Assembly (NCBI GenBank): GCA_032718475.1
Contig: JAUCBJ010006432.1
Span: 1 to 43,803 of the forward strand
DNA from: Nemertoderma westbladi
Taxonomy: Eukaryota; Animalia; Xenacoelomorpha
Direction: 5' to 3'
Length of the DNA stretch: 43,803 bases
The translations under genes and the position numbers were made by a program. Below, piece after piece: positions 1 to 11,344 of the stretch (position 1 is the stretch's first letter; each line of letters starts with the position of its first letter). The notes under the pieces are model-generated. The model was not told the origin of the DNA. It made no database searches and saw only the letters and a program-made list of their open reading frames with translations.

Positions 1-1380
1 GCCTCACTATGCCTCACTGCCTCACTATGCCTCACTATGCCTCACTATGCCTCACTATGCCTCACTATGCCTCACTATGCCTCACTATGCCTCACTATGC
101 CTCACTATGCCTCACTATGCCTCACTATGCCTCACTGCCTCACTATGCCTCACTTGCCTCACTATGCCTCACTATGCCTCACTGCCTCACTATGCCTCAC
201 TATGCCTCACTGCCTCACTGCCTCACTATGCCTCACTATGCCTCACTATGCCTCACTATGCCTCACTATGCCTCACTATGCCTCACTATGCCTCACTATG
301 CCTCACTATGCCTCACTATGCCTCACTATGCCTCACTATGCCTCACTATGCCTCACTATGCCTCACTATGCCTCACTATGCCTCACTATGCCTCACTATG
401 CCTCACTATGCCTCACTATGCCTCACTATGCCTCACTATGCCTCACTATGCCTCACTATGCCTCACTATGCCTCACTATGCCTCACTGCCTCACTATGCC
501 TCACTATGCCTCACTATGCCTCACTGCCTCACTGCCTCACTGCCTCACTATGCCTCACTATGCCTCACTATGCCTCACTATGCCTCACTATGCCTCACTT
601 GCCTCACTATGCCTCACTATGCCTCACTATGCCTCACTATGCCTCACTATGCCTCACTATGCCTCACTATGCCTCACTGCCTCACTGCCTCACTATGCCT
701 CACTATGCCTCACTATGCCTCACTGCCTCACTATGCCTCACTGCCTCACTTCCCTCACTGCCTCACTATGCCTCACTGCCTCACTATGCCTCACTATGCC
801 TCACTATGCCTCACTATGCCTCACTGCCTCACTGCCTCACTATGCCTCACTATGCCTCACTATGCCTCACTGCCTCACTATGCCTCACTATGCCTCACTA
901 TGCCTCACTATGCCTCACTATGCCTCACTATGCCTCACTTGCCTCACTATGCCTCACTATGCCTCACTATGCCTCACTATGCCTCACTATGCCTCACTTC
1001 CCTCACTTGCCTCACTGCCTCACTATGCCTCACTTCCCTCACTGCCTCACTATGCCTCACTATGCCTCACTGCCTCACTGCCTCACTATGCCTCACTATG
1101 CCTCGCTATGCCTCGCTATGCCTCACTATGCCTCACTGCCTCACTATGCCTCACTTCCCTCACTATGCCTCACTGCCTCACTATGCCTCACTGCCTCACT
1201 ATGCCTCACTATGCCTCACTGCCTCACTTCCCTCACTGCCTCACTATGCCTCACTGCCTCACTATGCCTCACTTCCCTCACTATGCCTCACTGCCTCACT
1301 ATGCCTCACTGCCTCACTATGCCTCACTGCCTCACTTCCCTCACTGCCTCCCTCATTCCCTCACTTCCCTCACTTCCTCA
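1..1380. repeat. 10-bp minisatellite (GCCTCACTAT)n with 8-9-bp variants
   Basis: Directly visible; runs off the window start and degenerates toward 1380. Confidence 0.97.
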
Positions 1381-1619
1381 CTCCTGTACACTAGCTTTGA
1401 CTCTCCCAGCTATAGTGATAGTATGCAACCTTGGGAGTTAACGTGCGGTCTTATGAGTAAAGGGCAAGATATGAGACTTCAGGTTGCCTCCATTGATTCA
1501 CTCTTCTTAACTTTATAAAATAACTCCACCCTTATTTAAAGTTTTAAAAATTATGACTTAGTCGACTAATTTTCCAAAATATATTATAAAAAACATATAA
1601 TTTCTTGAATAAATAGACC

Positions 1620-1765
1620 TAATAGTAATAAATATTGTTGGCAAATACATTTATAATACTAATATAATAATTAAGGATAAATAATCCTAATACTAATATA
1701 AATGTTATGGATAAATAGTCCTAATACTAATATAATTGTTATGGATAAATAGTTTTAATACTATT
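1620..1765. repeat. Degenerate AT-rich ~30-bp tandem repeat
   Basis: Recurrent taatactaatata...gttatggataaatag downstream of the acidic ORF stop. Confidence 0.65.
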
Positions 1766-1791
1766 ATGAAAGGAACTCAAACAAACAAATG

Positions 1792-2664
1792 TCAATAGTG
1801 TCCTCCTGCGCGGGCAAATACTGTACGAGAGTTTGTTGTCATAGGTCTTCGAAAATAAGTAAAAGCTGGTTGATTTTCTTTAATTTCATCTTCCTCATTA
1901 ACCAACAGTTTCTTAATTTTATTCAATTGTTCATTAATTTTCAGTAATTTACTTTTATTTCCCAGAACCTGTCTTAATATCTCTTCTCTATTTTCCTCAT
2001 TTTCTTCCATTTGTTTAATAAATTTCCGCATTTGATTTTTGTTTCCTAATATTTGTCTCAATATCTCTTCTTTATTTTCACCATTCTCTTCTAAATGTTT
2101 AATAATTTTCCGCAATTTATTCTTATTTCCAAGTAATTGTCTCAATATTTCCTTATTATTATCATTTTCATCATCTTCTTCACTTTCCTGACCTTCACTT
2201 TCTTCGTCGTCTTCGTGTTCTTCACTTTCTTCGTCCTCTTCATGACCTTCACTTTCTTCATCCTCTTTCTGACCTTCGCTTTCTTCATCCTCTTCCTGTT
2301 CTTCACTTTCTTCATCCTCTTCCTGTTCTTCACTTTCTTCATCCTCTTCCTGTTCTTCACTTTCTTCATCCTCTTCCTGTTCTTCACTTTCTTCATTCTC
2401 TTCCTGACCTTCGCTATCTTCACCCTCTTCCTGACCTTCACTTTCTTCGTCATCTTTCTGATCTTCACTTTCTTCGTTCCCAACTTCACTCTCTTCAACT
2501 TCATCTTGACCCTCACTATTTTCATTCTCCATCTCATCGTCCTCTTCTTCTTCATCTTCCTCACTCAAATTCTCATCATTTTCTAGGGGTAACTGTTTTT
2601 GTATCCCTTTCAAAATATTCATAACTTTATGAAATTTATTTTCCATTGTCTGTTTTATCTTTAA
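1792..2664 (-). pseudogene. 3' part of the interrupted gene: Asp/Glu-rich 9-aa repeats and repeated EILRQxLGNK helices
   Basis: Continues in frame from the other TTAA (LKIKQTMENKF...); 27-nt repeats encode EESEEQEED; stop at 1792-1794. Confidence 0.75.
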
Positions 2665-4279
2665 GGGGGGGGTACAGTGGTACACCCCCTATGGACCTTT
2701 TTTGCAAATGGCTATAATTTCTGCTTGTGTGTAATTTTGTATATTTTATACCTTTCGGGGGATTAAAATATGGCCAAAGATTGGGTTCAAAAAATTTTTT
2801 TTCAAATTTGCGTCGCCCTCTAGCGGCCACCAGCGAAATTGTTAATTTCACTAAAAACACTACTAGTCTCACAATTTTGGGCGAAAATTTTCAAAACTTG
2901 GTTTTTCTGAATCAGCATCCTCGGCTCCACAAAACTTATCGGTTACATTTTTTATTTAGGTCTTAAATATTTTTTAAATATTATTAACTAATATTAATTA
3001 TTACTTAATAGATATTAACTAATTTCAAGAAATTAATATGGCACAATTCAAAATTCTAACCGATAACTTTTGATCAAAACCCGAAAAGAAATCAAACAAA
3101 AAAAAAATTTCAAAAATTGGTTAAGAAATGGCCGAGTAGTAGTATTTTGAATGTGAAAAATACAGTTCCGAGATAAACGCATTTAAAGTTTAAGAACAAT
3201 ATATTTCAAATGTTCCCGCTATTTTCAGTACTGGTATCTCCTTTTCTTTTCCCATTGGTTATCCCCTATCCATATTTTGTGATTTCTCAATGGATTTCAT
3301 GAAATTTGGTTCAAAAAAACCCCTACCCACTTTTAACAACCTGTTAAAATAATTTTAGAGTGCTTGCCAAAAAACACTTCGCGCAGCACGTCAACAAATT
3401 ACATTTTGGCGTATTGATTTGATCGCATACTATTTCGTCATTTAGTAATAAATAGTCATGGAATAATGAGATAACCTTAAGAAACATTCAAAATTATATA
3501 AAAATTTCCACATAATTTTATTACAAGCCTTTACACAGAACATTAAGCTTTGCGCAGCATGTGAAACCTTCGCGCAGCACGTGAGACATTTGCGCAGCAG
3601 GTGAAGGTTTCACGTAGCACTTAAATTCTTCATAAAGCACGTTAATTAATCGAGCACCTCGGAAAGCTTTTTGATCAGAATGAGAAGCCTTCACGCGGCA
3701 CATGAAAAGTTCATGCTGCACATGAAGACTTCGCGCAGCACGTGAATTATTCTCAGAGCCTGCGGAATTTAAAAAAAAATAAGTTTATGGTTGTTTCCCA
3801 GAATAATTATTACTAGCTATTGTTATATAATGGTTCACATTTTTTATTACTAGTAGACAACTAGTCCATTAGACAACTTTTCAATATGTAATACAAAACT
3901 CACAAATATCTATTAAATATATATTAATTAAAATTTGACGGACATGTTGACAAACAGACAGACAGACAAACAGACAGACAAACTGAGAGACAGGCTGATA
4001 TACAGACATAGTGATTAGATAATTCCAAATATTAAAACAGACATCGACTTTAAGAAAAATCCTAACAGTAAATATTTCAGATTGCTTATTTTATGCCCTT
4101 TTTAATATTTCGATGGACAGACAGACAGACATACAGACGGAAAACCAGCCATTACTCGAGAAGTAAAAGAGATCTCGCTAAGCCGTTTCCAGATTTGAAA
4201 TCCGCATTAAATTCTACTCTAGATGAAATAAAAAAACAAAAAATGAAAATTTTGACCTGGGGGGGGTGTACCCCCCCCC
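2665..4279. mobile_element. Non-autonomous DNA transposon with TTAA target-site duplication (Kolobok-like termini)
   Basis: TTAA at 2661-2664 and 4280-4283; termini GGGGGGGGTACA ... TGTACCCCCCCCC are inverted; no transposase ORF; removal restores an ORF. Confidence 0.8.
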
Positions 4280-4460
4280 TTAAAATATCACGCTCAACTC
4301 TCTTTTTCTTTTCATCTTCACTAAAAACATCTTCGGATTTTTTAAATTTCTTTGGTAATGGATCCATTAGTTTATCCTTTCTATGTCTTTCCATATGACG
4401 AGATAGATTATCTTGTCTCATTTCTTTATTACAAACCAAACATCTTTCATCTCTATGCAT
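4280..4460 (-). pseudogene. 5' part of an interrupted C2H2 zinc finger/acidic protein gene
   Basis: MHRDERCLVCNKEMRQDNLSRHMERH (C-x2-C-x12-H-x3-H); frame runs to ...VERDIL at the TTAA at 4280-4283. Confidence 0.75.
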
Positions 4461-5130
4461 TATATAGCAATGTCAATTGATATTATGAATTTTCGCTGAA
4501 TGATTTTACAAAATTTTAAATAAATAAAACTTTTATGAAAATAAATAAAACTTTTAAAAATAAAAATTAGAGAATGAATGGGAATGCGGTGACTAGGGGC
4601 TATTATAGAGGGAGGTTAGAATGGAGTTGTGAAAGAAGAATGCAATCTATTGCAAGAGCAGATGTTTATTATAATTTCTCGGACGAATTGATGTAATAAC
4701 GAAGCTATAGGTTTGAATAATTTAAGCTCTATCGCAGGCCCCATTCACGCAGGCCCCATTCACGCATTGATGTTTGGGTTAGTCATGCTACGGTTAATAA
4801 GAGCCCGAGCAGCCACAGATTATTGAGGGATGACTCGGGGCTAAACTGGGCCCACTTTATTTTCGTGAAAGGGTATATTTATGTTTTGGGCCTCGATATT
4901 TCGTTTGCTGTAGTACAATTTATTCATCGCGCGTCCCTATCTGATTGATTTGTGTCAAATTAAATTGCCTTTGGCAACATTATTTGATACAAATCGATTG
5001 ATTAAACAATTAATTAATTGTTTAATCGACCAATTAATTAATTGGTTAATTAATTAATGATCTACTTAACACCCAAGGTGTGAAGTAGGACCAAACTGTC
5101 GCAGAAGTAGGGTAAACCATTACTACTCAC

Positions 5131-5905
5131 CAGCACTCACCTCTAACTTCCTAGTAACAACTGTCAGGGCAGTGGGGTCCCGATTCGATGCGCTCATCTC
5201 GCCCATAACCCGCCAGCACCACCAGCACTCACCTCTAACTTCCTAGTAACAACTGTCAGGGCAGTGGGGTCCAGATTCGATGCGCTCATCTCGCCCATAA
5301 CCCGCCAGCACCACCAGCACTCACCTCTAACTTCCTAGTAACAACTGTCAGGGCAGTGGGGTCCCGATTCGGTGCGCTCATCTCGCCCATAACCCGCCAG
5401 CACTCACCTCTAACTTCCTAGTAATAACTGTCAGGGCAGTGGGGTCCCGATTCGATGCGCTCATCTCGCCCATAACCCGCCAGCACCACCAGCACTCACC
5501 TCTAACTTCCTAGTAACAACTGTCAGGGCAGTGGGGTCCCGATTCGATGCGCTCATCTAGCCCATAACACGCCAGCACCACCAGCACTCACCTCTAACTT
5601 CCTAGTAACAACTGTCAGGGCAGTGGGGTCCCGATTCGATGCGCTCATCTCGCCCATAACCCGCCAGCACTCACCTCTAACTTCCTAGTAACAACTGTCA
5701 GGGATGTGGGGTCCAGACTCGATGCACTCATCTCTCCCATAACCCGCCAGCACTCACCTCTAACTTCCTAGTAACAACTGTCAGGGCAGTGGGGTCCAGA
5801 TTCGATGCGCTCATCTCGCCCATAACCCGCCAGCACCACCAGCACTCACCTCTAACTTCCTAGTAACAACTGTCAGGGCTGTGGGGTCCAGATTCGATGC
5901 GCTCA
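5131..5905 (-). repeat. 92/83-bp tandem repeat made of the exon 9 3' end (56 nt) plus donor, 9 donor copies
   Basis: cagcactcac recurs at 5131, 5223, 5315, 5398, 5490, 5582, 5665, 5748, 5840; the last unit is the real exon end. Confidence 0.95.
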
Positions 5906-6005
5906 AAACCTCATTCAATTGTGCATCTTTTTTCTCGAGAGTATCGCCAAGAGCCAACAATTTCTTTTCCAGCAACAAATTCTTAAGGCTTGATTTTTGT
6001 TGAAC
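5850..6005 (-). CDS. GAS8: GAS8/DRC4 exon 9 (gene continues beyond the window start)
   Basis: ttcag acceptor, GAG|GTGAGT donor; 156 nt [53 protein letters not shown] found no following DVLESKN-like exon in 1-5849. Confidence 0.95.
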
Positions 6006-6638
6006 CTGAATAAATAAAAAAATTAAATATTTATAGTTGGTGGAGGATAATGATTAAATATGGAATAATGCTGTGTGACGTCACAGGTTATCAGGCCAAT
6101 ATGGACCGATTGATAAATAAATAATTTGTGAAGTCACAATTAGGTAGTGTATTATGGAGGGAGAGGTGACGAGGTTATGTGACATCTTGTTATCTTGTTA
6201 TCTTGTTAATCCCAGTACCCCAGTTATCCCAGTAATCTTGTTGTAATTGTTATATTTATTCGAATATTTTGTAAATTAAATAATAAGAATGAAGTTTACT
6301 GAAGGCCTCAAAAGAGTTAAGTTCACAATTACAAAACACAAGAGTTAAGCTCAGAAAGACACTGGTTGAACTTCGTTCCCCAACCGTAACCTTAGCGCAG
6401 AAGAGTGCGCAAATATAAAATGAGGGCGAATATCCCATTTTGGGTAGGCCTACATCTATGTAAACAATGACATGTCATTCATCACACCTTCTAACCTAAT
6501 GCCATATCAGCAGCGTACACATTTACACAAGATATTCGCTACCACAAACAAATATTAAACAATTCCGCAGCTAATATCGATATCTCCATGATTACAGTAA
6601 CACACAGAGACAGAAACACACATAATAAAAAAACTAAC

Positions 6639-6779
6639 CTCTTGAATAGCTTTAACAAACTTCTTGTAAAGGTCGTCGCGTTCGTTTTGAGTTTTCTCAA
6701 ATCTTTGTTCTAGAACTTCGTGTTCCCAATTGAGGTTGTAAAGTTCATCGAGCTTTGCCTTCAGTCTGGCTTTCGTTGA
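6639..6779 (-). CDS. GAS8: GAS8/DRC4 exon 8
   Basis: tctccag acceptor, GTTAGT donor; 141 nt [47 protein letters not shown]. Confidence 0.95.
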
Positions 6780-7477
6780 CTGGAGAAAAAATAAATTGGA
6801 AGAGAATATAATTCACACATAATGTACTTCATAACTATGGAGACATCGAATTTACATTTGGGAAAAAACCTCTCAATTCTGTGCGGCTAACCCAGGAGTA
6901 TCACAGCAACCATTGCTTCTCTTGGGGGAGTAAAGCATAATTTGGGTAAATAATTTGGTTGGATAATTGCTGAGTGTCAACCTTGGGAGTTATAGAGGCA
7001 CCCACCATGGAACCAAGAGAGCGGAGCCTTGGGGTTGCCTTCGATGTTTTGTGTTTCACTTTATATTAATGAAGCGGCATATTTCGTTATTGAGATCGTT
7101 TGCTTTCTTTTGGCCTGTGTGAATCTAATTAGCCAGAATCATTGCGCACCGGACTATCAATAGGTATATTATTATTTTGTGTGTAATAAATAGGCAGGTG
7201 AGAAAGAGTAGCGCGGTACATTTATTTTTTATTATTAGAAAACAAACGTATTGCTGTAAACGAAACTCCTAAACGTTAGCAACAAAAGGACACAAAAAGC
7301 GAACCCGGTACATCATAAATCTGGCCCCTAACCAAGTGAGCTACCACAAATAATTCACCAGAACATTATTTTTGAGAGACCCTCTTTCCCACAACAACTA
7401 CCTGTTTCGTTGCTGTACTACAGTTTCGTTGCTACTTTATTTCATTTAAATATAATATAATAAAATGTAATTCTAAT

Positions 7478-8280
7478 TAATTATGGCGTTAAATAACACA
7501 TAATTATGGCGTTAAATAACACATAATTATGGCGTTAAATAATACATAATTATGGCGTTAAATAATACATAATTATGGCGTTAAATAATACATAATTATG
7601 GCGTTAAATAATACATAATTATGGCGTTAAATAATACATAATTATGGCGTTAAATAATACATAATTATGGCGTTAAATAATACATAATTATGACGTTAAA
7701 TAATACATAATTATGGCGTTAAATAATACATAATTATGACGTTAAATAATACATAATTATGGCGTTAAATAACACATAATTATGGCGTTAAATAACACAT
7801 AATTATGGCGTTAAATTATACATAATTATGGCGTTAAATAATACATAATTATAGCGTTAAATAATACATAATTATGGCGTTAAATAATACATAATTATGA
7901 CGTTAAATAATACATAATTATGGCGTTAAATAATACATAATTATGGCGTTAAATAATACATAATTATGGCGTTAAATAATACATAATTATGGCGTTAAAT
8001 AATACATAATTATGGCGTTAAATAATACATAATTATGGCGTTAAATAACACATAATTATGGCGTTAAAAAATAAATAATTATGGCGTTAAATAATATATA
8101 ATTATGGCGTTAAATAATACATAATTATGACGTTAAATAATACATAATTATGGCGTTAAATAACACATAATTATGACGTTAAATAATACATAATTATGGC
8201 GTTAAATAACACATAATTATGGCGTTAAATAACACATAATTATGACGTTAAATAACACATACTGTAATTATGACGTTAAC
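7478..8280. repeat. 23-bp minisatellite (TAATTATGGCGTTAAATAATACA)n, ~34 copies
   Basis: Direct reading; period 23 (7501, 7524...). Confidence 0.95.
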
Positions 8281-9103
8281 ACTGGACACTAATTCTAACC
8301 ATACATGAAAATAAATAATGGTTGAGTTGGTTAAAGTTTTAGGCGATGACGAATTAAAAACAGTTCGAGTCGGAATGGATGCAATCTCATATTATTTTAA
8401 AATCGATAATATGTGTTGTACGTTGAAAACACTCGTAGTGAGACCACCAGACTCTCGATTATCAATCACGGAGGAAACAAAATAGCCATGAAGCAAGAGG
8501 GAAATAAGGACGTATTTTTACATATCAAAATCTAATAAAGTACAACTTAATTTTAATCGTCGTATAGATTCAATATTTGCGACTTACAAAAACAGCTACA
8601 GGCCAAATCAAATTAAAGAGGGAAGATGACCTAGATGACGAGATGAATGCAATATACAAGGCAATTTCCGGGAACATCTTCAAAAGTATCACGAGTAACC
8701 ATGATCTACTTAAGATATCTTTAGTAGGTTATGGAATAGCTTGTTCGTTGGCTCAATTATTCTACATAAAAATAGTTCACTTCGGTAGATCTGTGTAAAA
8801 CACTTTGCTATGATAACATTTTTGATAACATATTTGATAACTTTACCGTCTTTAAGACACATTGAAATTAAGTTAATATTGAATTCAATTATTAACGAAA
8901 GATAGATACAATATATAACATATGGTATACCTACCCTACACCAAGTTGTGTACAATCTTTGTTAAGTTTCGAATATTAATAGACTTTTATACCAATGTCT
9001 GTGTACTGGACATTCGGATGACCTTTGATAAGTTAGTCTATGTAGACCACTTTCTGAAATAATATTGATAGTATTTGATTGATAGATATATAGTTACTGC
9101 AGT

Positions 9104-11146
9104 TCATCGGGTTCGGGTATTGTTTCGGATGCTTTTCACCGAGGTTGATGAGGTTTTGCTTATTGATGCTGACCACGCCCTTCTTGTAGACTCATTGAGA
9201 ACGTTCTGGAACAGAAAGAGCCAGAAACCTTGTAAACTGTTGAGAATAACAAACAGATACGATGGAACTGGTTGAAGAACTTCAAACTGAATAAAACCAA
9301 CCATCCAAGGTAAACCCAGCAGGGCCATCAAAAAAACGCAAGCTTTAATCTGTCGCAGAGTAGTTGAACTTGCGGAATTTCTATTTTTCGTTTTGGAAAT
9401 ACTTTGTTTTCTTAGTAAAACGCGTAGAATTAGCACAAATACTACGCTGTTGAACAATATGATACCTGCGATCGGGGCAATAAAAGCGTAATAAAAAGCG
9501 CAGTTTGATTTCATCCAACAAACGTTGATATCTTGTAGATGGTATGAATCAGTTTCTGTTGCCATAACAACACTACACACAACAGCTGGTAGACCCCAAG
9601 CGATAAGACCACATATAATCAGGTAGTATTTAATGTAGATCGGGAATACTTTGACGAGGTTGATGTACATGTTAAAAGCTTCAATTCCCATCCACAACCA
9701 GGTAACGAGGATAAAATAGTGGCAGAAAAGACCAATGAAAACACAATATGTCGAATCCTCACTGTTTGTCATGTTCAGCAAGAACACGAGCAAAAACAAC
9801 AATAGACTTAAAGAAAGATTACTGTGTATTTTAGTAAGATTCTCATCCAAGAGTCTCCTGTAATATATAAGAGTAGCTAGATTCATGGACAGACTGATCA
9901 CAGAGACACTTACACCAACCAAAGAAATTATTTTTAGGACAAGCTGATTGGCACTTGTTAGATTCTCTACATTTCCATAAACGTCGAAAAGTAGGGCGAA
10001 GTTGGTCATATGATCACATTGACACGTGGTAGAATTTGATTGGATATCGACAGGCTTACAACCATCACGTCTCCAGTTATTATCAGACTCATTCCAATAA
10101 ACGCAACGTGGATTTCTGTATGAAGTAACATGATGACGTAATGTGAAAGTAAAAGGTGGAATTTTATGTCGGAAACCAGTTTTGCCGAAGTTGGACATTT
10201 TGATCGAAATAACAGGCGAGTTAATAGCTTGAGATTCATTTAACTCTAACTGTTGGTCATAAAATAGTTTGCTGCTGTTATAAACAATAACACCGATAAT
10301 GTTGATGAAATCACCGACCGACCCATTTACAACTTCTTGAATAGTTTCTTTTGGAATTTGAAGTTTAGCATCCGAACCAAATTGTTCCGAGTAACCGCTA
10401 TCCAAGTGCTTTTTGGTTAATTGCATACTAACTATATGTATTCTAGACAACTTCCTAGAAAATTTAGTTATCATGGTTGACATGCGTCCCAATGAGTTCA
10501 TAATAGAGGTCAAAGAGTCGTACAAATCTTCACTGAATCGCAAGGATTTAGAGTCGGCTACTTCAGCAATGTTGTTATACGTCTTAATGATGTTGTACAA
10601 AGTCTCTTCATCAGCACTATTCTGACACATTTCCATAATCATGGCGCAATATTTTATGTCAAGTTTTGTAAACGCCGTCATTAAGTCGGTATATTCGCGT
10701 AATTTAATGGCATTTTCTTTGGAGTCACCGCCAGAAATAGCGAGTTCCTGGAGATTTAGTGTAGAATTGGGAAGCCTATTACAAGAGAGAGAATATGCGG
10801 CTTCGCCCCAGTTTCCATCAGTGTGACACGTTCTCGCAACCATCGAGTCGATGTTATCGGAACAAGGAAGAGTCGTCGATATAGGAGTATCATGAACTGT
10901 CTTGCACAACCACAGATAAACTCCGTATTCATTGACGTCTTCCACGTCAGGACAAAAGTTGAGATTATCTTCCATCTTCGATGACGATTCGTCAGGGAAT
11001 AGATCGCAAGGGAATGCCAAGGGTTCAATGTTGGTAGAGATAGCGCGGGGTCTGTAAGGAAGATCTGCATCGCTGCTCCTTAAAGGGCAAAACTCCGGGA
11101 AGCAAAATAGACAGATAGCCGCCAAATAAATGTTACGATTGGACAT
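9104..11146 (-). CDS. Intronless adhesion GPCR (HRM-like, GAIN/GPS, secretin-type 7TM; ADGRG-like), nested in GAS8 intron 7
   Basis: 680-aa intact ORF: hydrophobic N-terminus, Cys/Trp HRM-like segment (ARTCHTDGNW), GPS motif CVYWNE...WRRDGC...TTCQCDHM|TNFALLFD, 7TM motifs HYFILVTWLWMGIEA, AWGLPA, CWM, LLGLPW, LNSLQG. Confidence 0.93.
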   Translation of the reverse strand: MSNRNIYLAAICLFCFPEFCPLRSSDADLPYRPRAISTNIEPLAFPCDLFPDESSSKMEDNLNFCPDVEDVNEYGVYLWLCKTVHDTPISTTLPCSDNIDSMVARTCHTDGNWGEAAYSLSCNRLPNSTLNLQELAISGGDSKENAIKLREYTDLMTAFTKLDIKYCAMIMEMCQNSADEETLYNIIKTYNNIAEVADSKSLRFSEDLYDSLTSIMNSLGRMSTMITKFSRKLSRIHIVSMQLTKKHLDSGYSEQFGSDAKLQIPKETIQEVVNGSVGDFINIIGVIVYNSSKLFYDQQLELNESQAINSPVISIKMSNFGKTGFRHKIPPFTFTLRHHVTSYRNPRCVYWNESDNNWRRDGCKPVDIQSNSTTCQCDHMTNFALLFDVYGNVENLTSANQLVLKIISLVGVSVSVISLSMNLATLIYYRRLLDENLTKIHSNLSLSLLLFLLVFLLNMTNSEDSTYCVFIGLFCHYFILVTWLWMGIEAFNMYINLVKVFPIYIKYYLIICGLIAWGLPAVVCSVVMATETDSYHLQDINVCWMKSNCAFYYAFIAPIAGIILFNSVVFVLILRVLLRKQSISKTKNRNSASSTTLRQIKACVFLMALLGLPWMVGFIQFEVLQPVPSYLFVILNSLQGFWLFLFQNVLNESTRRAWSASISKTSSTSVKSIRNNTRTR

Positions 11147-11344
11147 ATTTTAAATATTATTTCCATAAACAATATAAAAGTCAGTATTTTTTAGTCACAT
11201 TCTTAGGTTCACTATAATTTAGTTGTAACTAATTAGCATTAAACTGCATTAGAATATAGCCATAAGGTTGCTAATACTGTGGGGCGTGCAACAAAAACGA
11301 GCTTAGCATACGGGTACCATTATCTCAATCTCAATCGGTGTGTC

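Noticed and set aside
9-1518. Three long plus-strand ORFs (MPHYASLCLT)n
   Set aside because: Stop-free translation of a 10-bp repeat in all three frames.
2137-2586. Phe-rich and Lys-rich ORFs
   Set aside because: Antisense or shifted-frame shadows of the acidic repeat ORF.
1381-5130. Remaining GAS8 exons (DVLESKN...)
   Set aside because: No matching translation found; presumably beyond the window start.
8340-8800. Possible coding remnant including the 73-aa ORF 8577-8798
   Set aside because: Non-ATG start, no recognisable motif or splice context.
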